Part shown: piece after piece, positions 26,885-36,688 of the stretch | Position numbering within the stretch: the stretch's first letter is position 1 | Layout of the letters: the number at the start of each line of letters is the position of its first letter | Assembly (NCBI GenBank): GCA_964432765.1 | Contig: CAYSOT010000001.1 | Coordinates: forward strand, 66,096 to 130,095 | Source of the DNA: an uncultured Candidatus Saccharibacteria bacterium | GTDB taxonomy: Bacteria; Patescibacteriota; SICC01; CAYSOT01 | Reading direction: 5' to 3' | Length of the DNA stretch: 64,000 nucleotides | Position numbers and translations under genes: made by a program | Notes under the pieces: model-generated | The model's database searches: none | What the model was told of the DNA's origin: nothing | Seen by the model: the letters and a program-made list of their open reading frames with translations, nothing else

Positions 26885-27343
26885 TTATTTGGACGAGTCC
26901 AGAGATTGCTCCTGCTTACGCGGATGCGCCAATCTAGCGGCCGCTTCAATGGTCCAGCAGAGATAGAGCTCCGTCCTGTTCTGTTCAGTTATGGCAGTGG
27001 CAAATGGAGTAAATACTCCCGACGGATCACCTGTACTATCATGGCGTTCAATTACCACCCCGTCTGGACGTATTACGACCTCGCTGACACCAGCGGCATG
27101 GTGCTGGCATGCTGTACGTCTGAACGAGAGGTTTGCGCTATAGCTAACGTATTCTTGGCCTGCGTGCTGATAGCGCCGCACGTCATGTTGGACGGTCAGA
27201 AAAAGCGTATCCTCGACGGGTATTTCCGTCTGGGGCGGTATTTGCTCAGCAAATGTACAAATTGCAGACGTCCATTCATCATCTACACGCAAAATGACGC
27301 CTTCAGGTGCTTTCTCTGCGGGCTGTTTGGCTTCTTTGTCCAT
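26885..27343 (-). CDS. Hypothetical protein inside the suf operon
   Basis: 152-aa ORF exactly filling the gap between sufU and the DUF1858 gene on the same strand. Confidence 0.65.
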   Translation of the reverse strand: MDKEAKQPAEKAPEGVILRVDDEWTSAICTFAEQIPPQTEIPVEDTLFLTVQHDVRRYQHAGQEYVSYSANLSFRRTACQHHAAGVSEVVIRPDGVVIERHDSTGDPSGVFTPFATAITEQNRTELYLCWTIEAAARLAHPRKQEQSLDSSK

Positions 27344-27349
27344 AGCTGC

Positions 27350-27715
27350 CTACTCTAGCTTCTTGAGTGCTGCTTGAAAAGCACCTCGGGCGAGCCCAGC
27401 GCACTTTACTCTGGCACCAGTGATATCAATGCCCAGTTCATCGGACAAAGGAATATTTTCATTGCTCAGAGCTTCGGCAACGCTTTTGCCAAGAACGCGC
27501 TCCATGAGGATTGATGCAGAAGCGATTGAAATCGCACATCCTGCTCCGTCAAAGCGAATATCGCTAATGACTCCATTTTCTATCTGGATATCAATCGTTA
27601 AGCTATCCCCGCACACCGGGTTGTGGGCAGTATGCGAAATTGTTGGATTTTTGAGGGTCCCCCGGTTGCGAGGATTTCGGTAATGGTCGAGGATGTGCTC
27701 TCGATACAAATCCAC
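27350..27715 (-). CDS. sufU: SufU/IscU-like Fe-S assembly protein
   Basis: LYREHILDHYRNPRNRG, NPVCGD, GAGCAISIASAS, RVKCA. GTG start overlaps the upstream stop. Confidence 0.92.
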   Translation of the reverse strand: MDLYREHILDHYRNPRNRGTLKNPTISHTAHNPVCGDSLTIDIQIENGVISDIRFDGAGCAISIASASILMERVLGKSVAEALSNENIPLSDELGIDITGARVKCAGLARGAFQAALKKLE

Positions 27716-28323
27716 TAGACAACTTTCCACGAATCGCCGTGGACGATAACGGCATGCTCATTGCTTAGCCCGATGATGTCTTGTCGTTTTTCCCGTTTCA
27801 ATATCTCACTAGTCTGAGGCTCAAATCGCGGATCGTTCAGATGCGGAACAATATCTACTGGACACCATCCAAGACCCTTCGTGTCGGCCAGTGTCGGTGC
27901 GACAGCGGCTTCGTCTATGGCATCAATATAGGCAATATCCCGACAGGCAATAATTGAACCGGCCGACGAGCCAATGTAGAGATTTCCTTGTTCAACATAT
28001 GCGTTCAACACATCTTCGATGTTACTTTTCTTGATTTGGTCGAGAAGGTAGTAGGTGTTTCCTCCAGCCACAAACAATACATCTGCTTTCGAAAGCGCCT
28101 TGGCGGTATCTTCAGAGTTAGTGTCGGCAAAATCATAGATATCTATCTGGAAACCAAAGGACCGAAGCGCCTGAAACGAGCCGCTCATTTCCACCGGGTC
28201 GCTCTCGAGATTCTTCGCGGTTTTCACATACAGTAGCCGCAGCGATTCCGGACTACGGGGCAGGACTTCATAGAGCTTTTGAAGCGACTGGTCGATTTGA
28301 GAAGCAAGAAAGAGAGTTTTCAT
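27715..28323 (-). CDS. Peptidase S51 family (peptidase E/cyanophycinase-like)
   Basis: LFVAGGNTYYLL, YIGSSAGS nucleophile elbow, IVPH. Confidence 0.85.
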   Translation of the reverse strand: MKTLFLASQIDQSLQKLYEVLPRSPESLRLLYVKTAKNLESDPVEMSGSFQALRSFGFQIDIYDFADTNSEDTAKALSKADVLFVAGGNTYYLLDQIKKSNIEDVLNAYVEQGNLYIGSSAGSIIACRDIAYIDAIDEAAVAPTLADTKGLGWCPVDIVPHLNDPRFEPQTSEILKREKRQDIIGLSNEHAVIVHGDSWKVV

Positions 28324-28931
28324 CAGAGAATTGTTACTTGTCCATCCTTAACGCAGATGGCTTGCTCATCGCGTATCGGTTGAAGACGGTGGGCAGTATA
28401 TCCGCTTTCAAGAACTTCTTTGGCCTGAGCAGCCCAGAGGTCACTGTTAACATGGGGAACCGGAATAAAATCAAGAAGTCCTATCCCTTTGGTGTCGGTG
28501 ATGTTGGCGAGAGATGGATCATCCATTGGCTCTATCGGACCAATGTCTGGACCGAGCACAATTGCCCCGGCTGACGAACCAACAATTGTGAGGTTTCTCT
28601 TGATTGTGTGCAGATAGGTATCGAATCCGCTTTCCCGAACTGCTTGCAGCAAGTAGTAAGCACTACCGCCGCCAATATGAATTACCTCCGCCTCATCAAG
28701 CATTTTCTTTAGTGATTCTGGTGATTGTTGAACGAGCCAACACAATTCAATCTTGAAATGCTTCTCGTACATGTGACGGTCCTCGTCTTGGTCGTAGGTA
28801 TATCCAAGCGGCGTTGCAGCATCGGGTACCATATGGACCACACCTTTCTTTGCCGCGCTCTTCAGTTCAGGCAAAAATTTGCGCAGACTTAGTGCGGTTT
28901 GAGAGCAGAGATAGTATGTCGTTTTAGCCAT
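28323..28931 (-). CDS. Peptidase S51 family, second paralog
   Basis: IHIGGGSAYYLL, VGSSAGA, PVPH. Confidence 0.85.
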   Translation of the reverse strand: MAKTTYYLCSQTALSLRKFLPELKSAAKKGVVHMVPDAATPLGYTYDQDEDRHMYEKHFKIELCWLVQQSPESLKKMLDEAEVIHIGGGSAYYLLQAVRESGFDTYLHTIKRNLTIVGSSAGAIVLGPDIGPIEPMDDPSLANITDTKGIGLLDFIPVPHVNSDLWAAQAKEVLESGYTAHRLQPIRDEQAICVKDGQVTIL

Positions 28932-30129
28932 GAAAGGTTTCAAGAGCAGTCTTTAGTGCTTGATGTGCTTGCTCAATATCTTCCTTTGTATTGTAAACCG
29001 CCAGCGAGATTCGTGCGCTAGCGGGAATTCCAAGACGAGTATGTAGCGGCTCGGCACAGTGATGTCCCGACCTGATTGCAACACCCTGCTGATCAAATAT
29101 CGTCGCTAAATCGTGAGGATGGATACCGTCGACCACAAACGAGACTACTCCGACACGCTCCGCTGAACCAAGAACCGAAACGCGCTTTTCGGTGCTGAGC
29201 ATCTCAAGAAGCTCTCTGGTCAGCATCTGTTCATGGTCGCTAATCGTCTTCAGCCCGATCTTTTCGATAAACTCGAAAGCTGCCTGCATACCAATCGCTT
29301 CTGCCACAGGCATTGTCCCAGCCTCAAATCGATACGGCGGATCGGCATACGTTGCGTGCCCAAGCTCAACTGAACGAATCATCTCTCCTCCGCCATAGAC
29401 TGGCGGGAGTTCGGCTAGTAGTTCAGGTTTTACCCATAAAGCTCCGACACCGAAGGGCCCGTAAGCTTTGTGCCCTGAAAAGGCATACGCGTCGACCCCA
29501 AGATCCCGAACGTCAACGGCGAGTCTGCCGACGGCCTGAGCACCGTCGACAATCATGTGAGTATTAGCATCTTTTGCCATGCGTGAAAGTTTTTTGATTG
29601 GATTTATACATCCAAGCACATTCGAAACATGGCAGCAGGCAAAAACCGATGCGCCTTCGAGTTTCCGCTCAACATCTTCGAGATCTAGCGATCCATCGTC
29701 GGCAATGGAGGCAAAACGTAGTTGTATGCCTTTCTCTTCCGCTAACAGATACCACGGAATGAGGTTCGCGTGATGCTCCATCTCTGTCAGCAAAACTGTG
29801 TCACCTTGTCGCAGGTACTTTTTTGCATATGACAAAACGAATTGATTGAGGCTTTCAGTAGTGCCCCGCGTAAATACAACTTCCTCACTGGATGCGCCTA
29901 TAAAACTCGCGACCTTCCTGCGCGCATTCTCAAATGCATTCGTAGCAGCCTCCGAAAGACTGTGTACACCCCGATGCGGATTCGCGTTTGAGTTGCGATA
30001 AAAATAATCCATTGCATCCAAAACGTGCTGCGGTCGCTGGGTTGTGGCAGCGTTATCAAGGTATGAAAGCCTGGTTGTGCTTGCCTTAGCAAAAATCGGA
30101 AATTGCGCGATGATCTTGTTTTCGTCCAT
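28924..30129 (-). CDS. sufS: Cysteine desulfurase SufS
   Basis: YLDNAATTQ, EHHAN, VDGAQ, FSGHK, RSGHHCA (group II). Confidence 0.96.
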   Translation of the reverse strand: MDENKIIAQFPIFAKASTTRLSYLDNAATTQRPQHVLDAMDYFYRNSNANPHRGVHSLSEAATNAFENARRKVASFIGASSEEVVFTRGTTESLNQFVLSYAKKYLRQGDTVLLTEMEHHANLIPWYLLAEEKGIQLRFASIADDGSLDLEDVERKLEGASVFACCHVSNVLGCINPIKKLSRMAKDANTHMIVDGAQAVGRLAVDVRDLGVDAYAFSGHKAYGPFGVGALWVKPELLAELPPVYGGGEMIRSVELGHATYADPPYRFEAGTMPVAEAIGMQAAFEFIEKIGLKTISDHEQMLTRELLEMLSTEKRVSVLGSAERVGVVSFVVDGIHPHDLATIFDQQGVAIRSGHHCAEPLHTRLGIPASARISLAVYNTKEDIEQAHQALKTALETFHG

Positions 30130-30145
30130 AGTGCCAGTCTACCGA

Positions 30146-31381
30146 CTAACCCTTCTGCTTAGCGAGCTGGCTGCCAGATAATCGTTCGGTTATTTCTGAG
30201 AGAAATGATTCCCGCACACTTTTACTTGGAATGTTTTGAATCAGATCGGTAAAGAAGCCTTCGACAATCAGGCTCTTTGCGGCTTCTTCCGGCAAACCCC
30301 TGCTCATGAGGTAAAAGAGCGCCTGTTCATCTATTTGCCCCACAGTAGCCCCATGTCCCGCCGTCACATCATCGGCATCAATCTCGAGACCAGGAATTAA
30401 GTCGGCATGGGCGGTGTCTGACAAAAGCATGGCATGACCATTTTGATCTGCACTCGTTCCATGTGCACCTGGCTGGATCTTGATCATTCCCCGATAGACT
30501 GCGCGCGCAGTTTCGTCGACTACTCCGCGTGCGTACGTTTCGGATGTAGCGTGACCCGAAACATGGTTTGCCTCAAGCGTGAAATCAAAGTGCTGACTAC
30601 TGCTTCCAAAGAACGTAGAGCGGACGTTCGACTGTGCGCCTTCGCCAATAAGCTTTGATTCAACATGAATCTGGGATTTGCCAGATCCAAACGTTCCAAT
30701 CATCCAATCAAGTGATGCGTCACGTGCGATGGCTGCCTGGTAGACCGCCAAATTTATGACTGATTCTGGCCAAGCTTGTTTTGCGGTATAGGAGACTCGT
30801 GACTCGTCGTGTGCATAGACTTCCACGCCATGCAGAGCAATAGAGTCTTCACCCATATCGGAAGCAGTAGTTGTTGAATCATAGATATCAGCTACTGCAC
30901 CCTCTCCCACAATAAAAAGACTTCGCCACACATTAAGTGCGCCGGTTTTGGCGCTAAATCGTGTCTCTACTCTGAGTTTTGTCCGTGGTGGTACCACGAC
31001 GACAATCCCGTCTCGAAAAAAAGCACCTGAAAGAGCCGAGAAAAGATGGTCTTCGGCAGGTAGGGCATCACCGAGCATTGAGGCAGCAACGTGCTCTGGC
31101 CAATCATGAATGGCCTTGGACAGCGGTATGGCGATTGGCTTCAGACCGGTGCCGCAATCATCTGCTTCAAACGCAATCTCGGGTGTATCACCAGCGAGCG
31201 GCAAAGAGCTAAGTAAATCAGCAAGTCCGTATCGTTCCCAGCTGAAATACTTCTTGTCGGATGGAATAGCTAGCTTAGGGGCAATGTTTCGTGCCAAACG
31301 CCGTTTAGTTGCAATCGATTTCGGCTCTGCGGGAACGTACTTTGGCAGCCGTAGGTTGGGCTGTGTGCTTGTCTTATCCAA
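30146..31381 (-). CDS. sufD: Fe-S assembly protein SufD
   Basis: PGLEIDADDVTAGHGATVGQIDEQALFYLMSRG; follows sufB. Confidence 0.92.
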   Translation of the reverse strand: MDKTSTQPNLRLPKYVPAEPKSIATKRRLARNIAPKLAIPSDKKYFSWERYGLADLLSSLPLAGDTPEIAFEADDCGTGLKPIAIPLSKAIHDWPEHVAASMLGDALPAEDHLFSALSGAFFRDGIVVVVPPRTKLRVETRFSAKTGALNVWRSLFIVGEGAVADIYDSTTTASDMGEDSIALHGVEVYAHDESRVSYTAKQAWPESVINLAVYQAAIARDASLDWMIGTFGSGKSQIHVESKLIGEGAQSNVRSTFFGSSSQHFDFTLEANHVSGHATSETYARGVVDETARAVYRGMIKIQPGAHGTSADQNGHAMLLSDTAHADLIPGLEIDADDVTAGHGATVGQIDEQALFYLMSRGLPEEAAKSLIVEGFFTDLIQNIPSKSVRESFLSEITERLSGSQLAKQKG

Positions 31382-32783
31382 CGCTTCCCTCCATCTCGAG
31401 TTGGATTAATCGATTTAGCTCTACGGCATACTCAAGCGGTAGTTCCTTGACGACTGGTTCAAGAAATCCTGAAACAATCATCGAGATTGCTTCTTCTTCG
31501 GTCAGGCCACGACTCATCAGGTAGAAAAGTTGCTCCTGGCCAATTCTCCCCACAGTTGCTTCGTGAGCAACGGTTACTTTGTCTTCAGATATTTCGATAT
31601 GCGGCAACGTGTCGGACACACTCCGCTCGTCCATAATCAGCGCATCACATTGAATATTTGCCGTGGCTCGCTCTGCTCCTTTTACAATCTTCAATAGCCC
31701 CCGATAGGCACCGCGTCCGCCATCTTTTGAAATCGACTTGGCAACAACTCGTGATTTCGTATCGGGAGCACCATGAATGACTTTGGCTCCGGTATCCTTG
31801 TCGACCTTTCCGACGGCCAAGGCAATATTGAGATGCTCGCAAGACGCCCCTCGTCCTACTAGCCACGAGGCCGGGTACAGCATAGTTGTTCCACTACCGA
31901 GACTTCCTCCGACCCACTCATGGTGCGCATCCTGCTGGATTATGGCTCGCTTAGTGTTGAGGTTATAGACATTCTTTGACCAGTTCTGAACCGTTGTGTA
32001 GCGTGACCGTGCACCCTGCCCAACAAAGATTTCAACAACCGCGGAGTGGAGTGAAGCGCTCGAATAAAGAGGGGCTGTGCATCCTTCGATGTAATGAACT
32101 TCGGCTCCCTCTTCAACAATAATTAGGGTGTGCTCAAACTGACCTTGGCCAGATGCGTTCATACGGAAGTATGTCTGCAATGGCATTTCCACTTTCACCC
32201 CTGCCGGTACATACAAGAACGAACCGCCCGACCAAACTGCGCCGTGCAATGCTGAAAACTTATTATCGTGTCGCGGCACGCATTTGGTCATGAAGTACTG
32301 GCGCACGAGCTCTTCGTGTTCCTTTAGAGCCGTATCCATGTCGCAGAAAATAACACCTTGTTTTTCCCATGGTCGTTGAAGCGATTTATAGACGGTTTCA
32401 GAATCATACATCGCAACAACACCAGCGAGCATTTTTTGCTCAGCTTCCGGAATCTTAAGCTTGTTAAAAGTTTCCTTCATTTCTGCAGGCAAATCGTCCC
32501 ATGATGGTTTGATCTCGTCAGTTGGGCGAATGTAGTAGGTGAGCGCATCGAAATCGATACCTGATAGATCGGGGCCCCAGGTCGGTACTGGTTTTGATTC
32601 AAAGATTTCGAAGGATTTAAGCCGGAACTGGCGCATCCATTCGGGCTCGCCCTTTTGGTATGAGATGTCTTCGACAACTCCGCGTGTGAGTCCGGGTTTT
32701 GATCGATAAACAGACCTATCGGGATCTTGATGACGGAACCTATCGAGACCGGCTGTAACCCCCCGAACAACCGAGTCACTCAT
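31374..32783 (-). CDS. sufB: Fe-S assembly protein SufB
   Basis: KGEPEWM, AVWSGGSF, GQFEHTLI, YIEGCTAP, HEATVG, LPLEYAVELNRLIQLEMEGSVG. Confidence 0.98.
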   Translation of the reverse strand: MSDSVVRGVTAGLDRFRHQDPDRSVYRSKPGLTRGVVEDISYQKGEPEWMRQFRLKSFEIFESKPVPTWGPDLSGIDFDALTYYIRPTDEIKPSWDDLPAEMKETFNKLKIPEAEQKMLAGVVAMYDSETVYKSLQRPWEKQGVIFCDMDTALKEHEELVRQYFMTKCVPRHDNKFSALHGAVWSGGSFLYVPAGVKVEMPLQTYFRMNASGQGQFEHTLIIVEEGAEVHYIEGCTAPLYSSASLHSAVVEIFVGQGARSRYTTVQNWSKNVYNLNTKRAIIQQDAHHEWVGGSLGSGTTMLYPASWLVGRGASCEHLNIALAVGKVDKDTGAKVIHGAPDTKSRVVAKSISKDGGRGAYRGLLKIVKGAERATANIQCDALIMDERSVSDTLPHIEISEDKVTVAHEATVGRIGQEQLFYLMSRGLTEEEAISMIVSGFLEPVVKELPLEYAVELNRLIQLEMEGSVG

Positions 32784-33570
32784 CGAGGGGTTCCTGGTCC
32801 TTTCGGCGAATCAAGCGGATCGAGTTCTGAGTTGGGTCTTCTTCAGAATGGTCTTCATCAATCAGGTTGAGCAGACCTTCCGGAAAATCGACCCCGGCAC
32901 CGATGTGTTTGAGAATACCAATTTCAGTTTCGATATCGGGAATTCCAAGCCAGTCTGCATCCTGATACTCGAGCCGAAGTTGGGGTTCTCGAAGCTCTCG
33001 GGGCAAAAGGTCTTCCTGATCTGGCTGGTCCGGGTGCACCACTTCAATTGACGGAGCATTTGGCACAGCACCAATAAACTCATGGATGATTGCCGCAGCC
33101 GCCCCGGGATTTTGGCAGGCTTCTCTGGTCAACCAAATACGCCAGTCTGCGGCTGTGTCTGGCTCGTCTTGCCAGGCTTCATCAATCGGATCTTCAACCT
33201 CAACTGACGATACTGCTTCCATTGCCTCTTGGAGAGCATCGCCTCCGTCAACATCGGGCGTATCCATTACCATCCGCGTAACGCTCACCGTATAGGGAGT
33301 ATCGTCATGCGATGCGAGAAAACCAAATTCTCCCCGATCAATATGTCTTAGAAATGAGTCTACGGCTGCATCGCCTCCAAGCTCTGGGTGAAGCTCGCCA
33401 AAATCAACAACCCCATCTCCGTATAGTGGTTCATCGGAGACTATTCGCTCAGCTAAAGATACGTGGACATCATCAAGCTCATCAGGATTAAATGAGACTT
33501 CCTCTTCCTCCGAAGCTGGGAAAAATAGCAGCTCTGCGCGAAAATAATTCTCTTCGCGTTCGGGCATCAC
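32776..33570 (-). CDS. Highly acidic hypothetical protein inside the suf operon
   Basis: 264-aa D/E-rich ORF overlapping both neighbours. Confidence 0.7.
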   Translation of the reverse strand: MMPEREENYFRAELLFFPASEEEEVSFNPDELDDVHVSLAERIVSDEPLYGDGVVDFGELHPELGGDAAVDSFLRHIDRGEFGFLASHDDTPYTVSVTRMVMDTPDVDGGDALQEAMEAVSSVEVEDPIDEAWQDEPDTAADWRIWLTREACQNPGAAAAIIHEFIGAVPNAPSIEVVHPDQPDQEDLLPRELREPQLRLEYQDADWLGIPDIETEIGILKHIGAGVDFPEGLLNLIDEDHSEEDPTQNSIRLIRRKDQEPLDE

Positions 33571-34025
33571 GAATCACATGGGTTATGCGGATAGGGTGTA
33601 CCGTGCCAGCCTGGCCGGCGAGGATGGTAGGGATATTTCCCGGGATCAAGCGATTCGCGTCGACGCTCCTCTTCGGGTGAAATGATTCGCTCCTCATTCT
33701 CCTGCAGAGTCTGAAACACGGCCTCATCTAAAATGGCTTGCCGGTTGAGATAGTACTCTTCTGCGTAGGCTCCATCTAGACCGGTTGGTGGGAGTGTATC
33801 TAGCGAATCAGCCGAAGGGAAATCATCCAGCGAACACCCTTCGCTACCCCGCGTTCTGGTGCTCGGTAAGTGCGTTGCCATAATTAGCCCGAGCATAGTC
33901 TGGTAATCCTCGGCAGTGCGCAGTGCTGTCGGTTTGGCCAGCTCAAATTCAAACGGCGCTTCTTTTAGTTGTTCTATTATCCGCTCAATATCGCCTGGTT
34001 GGTTTCGCTCTACTTCTTTAGCCAT
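33567..34025 (-). CDS. Acidic hypothetical protein inside the suf operon
   Basis: 152-aa ORF overlapping the sufC stop and the next start. Confidence 0.65.
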   Translation of the reverse strand: MAKEVERNQPGDIERIIEQLKEAPFEFELAKPTALRTAEDYQTMLGLIMATHLPSTRTRGSEGCSLDDFPSADSLDTLPPTGLDGAYAEEYYLNRQAILDEAVFQTLQENEERIISPEEERRRESLDPGKYPYHPRRPGWHGTPYPHNPCDS

Positions 34026-34762
34026 GCGTATCCTTTTTGTTCAAGTTCGGCGACTAGTTCTGGTGGTCCAGTCTCGATAATCTTGCCTTCAGCCATGACA
34101 TGAACAATATCAGGCTTAACGTAATTAAGAATCCGCTGATAGTGCGTTATCAACAGAATGGACATCTCTGGACTGTCTTTTTTCAAAGCGTTGATTCCTT
34201 TAGCCACAATCTGCAGCGCATCAATGTCGAGTCCCGAATCAGTTTCGTCGAGTATCGCGAGCTTGGGTTGCAATAGAGCCATCTGCAGCATTTCAGCCCG
34301 TTTTTTTTCACCGCCGGAGAAGCCTTCGTTTAGGTAGCGATCGCTAAAGTCTTCGGACATTTCGAGCAGACTCATTTTCTCTTTTAAAACCCTGCGGAAT
34401 TCTAAGACGGTTAGTGGCGTCTCGCCACGTGCTTCACGAACCGCATTCACAGCTTGGCGAAGAAAATGCGCAACAGACACACCGGCAATTTCTTGCGGAT
34501 ACTGAAATGCCAAAAATACGCCTGCTTTTGCACGCTCATCTGGCGAAAGCTTAAATAGTGAATTGCCGTTAAAGACAGCATCACCTTGTGTCACTTCGTA
34601 CTTTGGGTGACCCATCAAGACTGAGGACAGCGTCGACTTGCCTGAACCATTTGGCCCCATCAAGGCATGCACTTTGCCGGCAACAACGTCGAGATCGACC
34701 CCCTTGAGTATTTCAGTCTCTTCGACCCGCGCGTGTAGGTTCTTTATGCGCAGTATACTCAT
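34010..34762 (-). CDS. sufC: Fe-S assembly ATPase SufC
   Basis: [53 protein letters not shown] 34762. Confidence 0.98.
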   Translation of the reverse strand: MSILRIKNLHARVEETEILKGVDLDVVAGKVHALMGPNGSGKSTLSSVLMGHPKYEVTQGDAVFNGNSLFKLSPDERAKAGVFLAFQYPQEIAGVSVAHFLRQAVNAVREARGETPLTVLEFRRVLKEKMSLLEMSEDFSDRYLNEGFSGGEKKRAEMLQMALLQPKLAILDETDSGLDIDALQIVAKGINALKKDSPEMSILLITHYQRILNYVKPDIVHVMAEGKIIETGPPELVAELEQKGYAWLKK

Positions 34763-34820
34763 GTGCACATCATACCTTGGTATTGACAAATCTCTCAACC
34801 GTGAGCAAAATTGACAAGCT

Positions 34821-35234
34821 ATGGCAATAGAAGGAACGCCAGATTACCCCATCGACGAAGGCCGTCCGGCCCGCAGGCCTGAGGAAATGCGCACTGATCC
34901 GCATGCCGAACGTAACCCAGATGCCGCGCGCGGGATCGCTGTACTAACCCAGCTTAGCGAAGTAGCGAAGGCAAGCCGTGAAGGCGCCCTACACGAAGAA
35001 GAGCGTACAGAAGTGACCCGCAGACTACGGCATTCGCTAGCGGCGCTTGGGATCGTACTGGAGCAAGACTCAGCTCTGATGCGCGAGGTTGTTTTCTCGC
35101 ACTATGGCTTGCACGCAGATGAGCCCCCACGAACATTGGTTGAGATAGCAGAAGCAACAGGGGAAGATCTCGCCTATGTCGGCACGCTTGTCGACCACGG
35201 GGCGACGCTTGTTGGCGCTCATTTCCACGAATAA
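34821..35234 (+). CDS. Hypothetical protein with sigma70 region-4-like segment
   Basis: [27 protein letters not shown] resembles RxVLxLRFGL...RTLEEIG. Confidence 0.55.
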   Translation: MAIEGTPDYPIDEGRPARRPEEMRTDPHAERNPDAARGIAVLTQLSEVAKASREGALHEEERTEVTRRLRHSLAALGIVLEQDSALMREVVFSHYGLHADEPPRTLVEIAEATGEDLAYVGTLVDHGATLVGAHFHE

Positions 35235-35247
35235 ATACCTTGCAAAT

Positions 35248-35279
35248 AAAAACCGCATCTCGTATGAGATGCGGTTTTC
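35248..35279. terminator. Bidirectional intrinsic terminator
   Basis: AAAACCGCATCTC-GTAT-GAGATGCGGTTTT between convergent genes. Confidence 0.85.
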
Positions 35280-35289
35280 TAGTTCTGAC

Positions 35290-35859
35290 TTAGTACGTGT
35301 ACGTGCTTGTCGTATCGATGGTTGATGCTGCAGCAAATACTCCGAGCGCGATTAGCAAGAAGAAGAATAGCCACATGGCGGCCCCGATGACCGTAACGGC
35401 GATTTCACCGCCGCTGAACTTAGCTTCAGTTGCCTGACCTGCAGACTTCGTGTCCCAGTACTTGTTTAGCTCGCTAATAACAAGCCCCATAATAATGTAG
35501 TTGATGGGGCTTATTAGCATTAGTACCGCATAGAGCACTGCTTGGAAACCTGACGCACCGGCAGAGCGCTGTAGCTTATCGATGTCACGATAGAGCCAGT
35601 AGAGAACAAAGATATTGAGAATTGGTACGAACAAACCTAGTGTCTGCAAACCTGTATTGTCGTTGCTTCCAAGCTCGTTGGTAACTTTCTCTCGTGTCAC
35701 GTAAAACCAATAAATCATATAAAGGCCAAATGAAACGAGCGTGAGCAGCAATACGCGCACAACGCTTCGCTTTACGGCCCAATTGCCACTGGCATTTTGA
35801 ACACTCGGCGCTGGTTGTTCAGCTGGAGTTTCTTGAGTTGGTTGTACTTCGTCTAGCAT
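35290..35859 (-). CDS. DUF4234-like membrane protein
   Basis: LLLTLVSFGLYMIYWFY...EL...FVPILNIFVLYW...ELNKYW. Confidence 0.75.
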   Translation of the reverse strand: MLDEVQPTQETPAEQPAPSVQNASGNWAVKRSVVRVLLLTLVSFGLYMIYWFYVTREKVTNELGSNDNTGLQTLGLFVPILNIFVLYWLYRDIDKLQRSAGASGFQAVLYAVLMLISPINYIIMGLVISELNKYWDTKSAGQATEAKFSGGEIAVTVIGAAMWLFFFLLIALGVFAAASTIDTTSTYTY

Positions 35860-35877
35860 GTTTCTCCTTAGTTGTTA

Positions 35878-36612
35878 TTAGTAGCTAAAGTCGACAGAAT
35901 TATTAGTCTTTACTGTATCGGTTGAAGAAGTGTCACTCAGCGCTCCGGTAATTCCGTTGAGCACCCACAGAACGACTCCGATGATGATCACGATAATCTC
36001 GCCCTGTGAGAATTTGGCATCAGACGCCTGATTATTACTTCTAACATCCCAGTAGTTATTAAGTTTGCTAATCGCCAGCCCAGCAAAGACGTAATAGAGG
36101 ATACCCCCAACGATCATGAGCAAGATTGCCGGAATGATAAACAATGCAGCTCCTCCGATCGCAAGGCCCGCATTACCTGAAACTGCTGCACCTGCACCAA
36201 CAATGAGGCCGAGTATAAACAGAGCAATCCCACCAAAGAGAAGGCCCAGTGGGAGAAATACGTACATTCCAGCGGAAAATCCTTCAAGATTGTTTTCTCG
36301 GCGCACGCGGTTAATATCTCGGAAAATCCAGTAGATAATAAAGAGATTCAAAATCGGAACGATGAGCCCGATTGTCTGAAGACCCGCATTGTCATCGGTT
36401 TTCAGCTCCCGAGAGAGAATCCGCCGGTTTTGATAAAACCAATAAAACCAGTAGAGTCCACTCGTAACCCACGAAAGTCCAAAGACTCGGATTACGCTGT
36501 ATTTGATTTTCCATTCTTCTGGACGATTAACATCCTTCGCAAGTGGAGACGCCGCAGGCGCTGTGGGCGCTTCTACGGGAGCGGGTGTTGGCTGTTCATT
36601 TTCGTCGGCCAT
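35878..36612 (-). CDS. DUF4234-like membrane protein, tandem paralog
   Basis: VTSGLYWFYWFY...DNAGLQTIGLIVPILNLFIIYW...KLNNYW...AKFS.GEI shared with the neighbour. Confidence 0.75.
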   Translation of the reverse strand: MADENEQPTPAPVEAPTAPAASPLAKDVNRPEEWKIKYSVIRVFGLSWVTSGLYWFYWFYQNRRILSRELKTDDNAGLQTIGLIVPILNLFIIYWIFRDINRVRRENNLEGFSAGMYVFLPLGLLFGGIALFILGLIVGAGAAVSGNAGLAIGGAALFIIPAILLMIVGGILYYVFAGLAISKLNNYWDVRSNNQASDAKFSQGEIIVIIIGVVLWVLNGITGALSDTSSTDTVKTNNSVDFSY

Positions 36613-36688
36613 AATTTCCTTTTTATGTTAGTTGAAGGCTTCTACCCACAGACTAACAAGATGCGTGGCGAGCAGCAATACAAAACGT

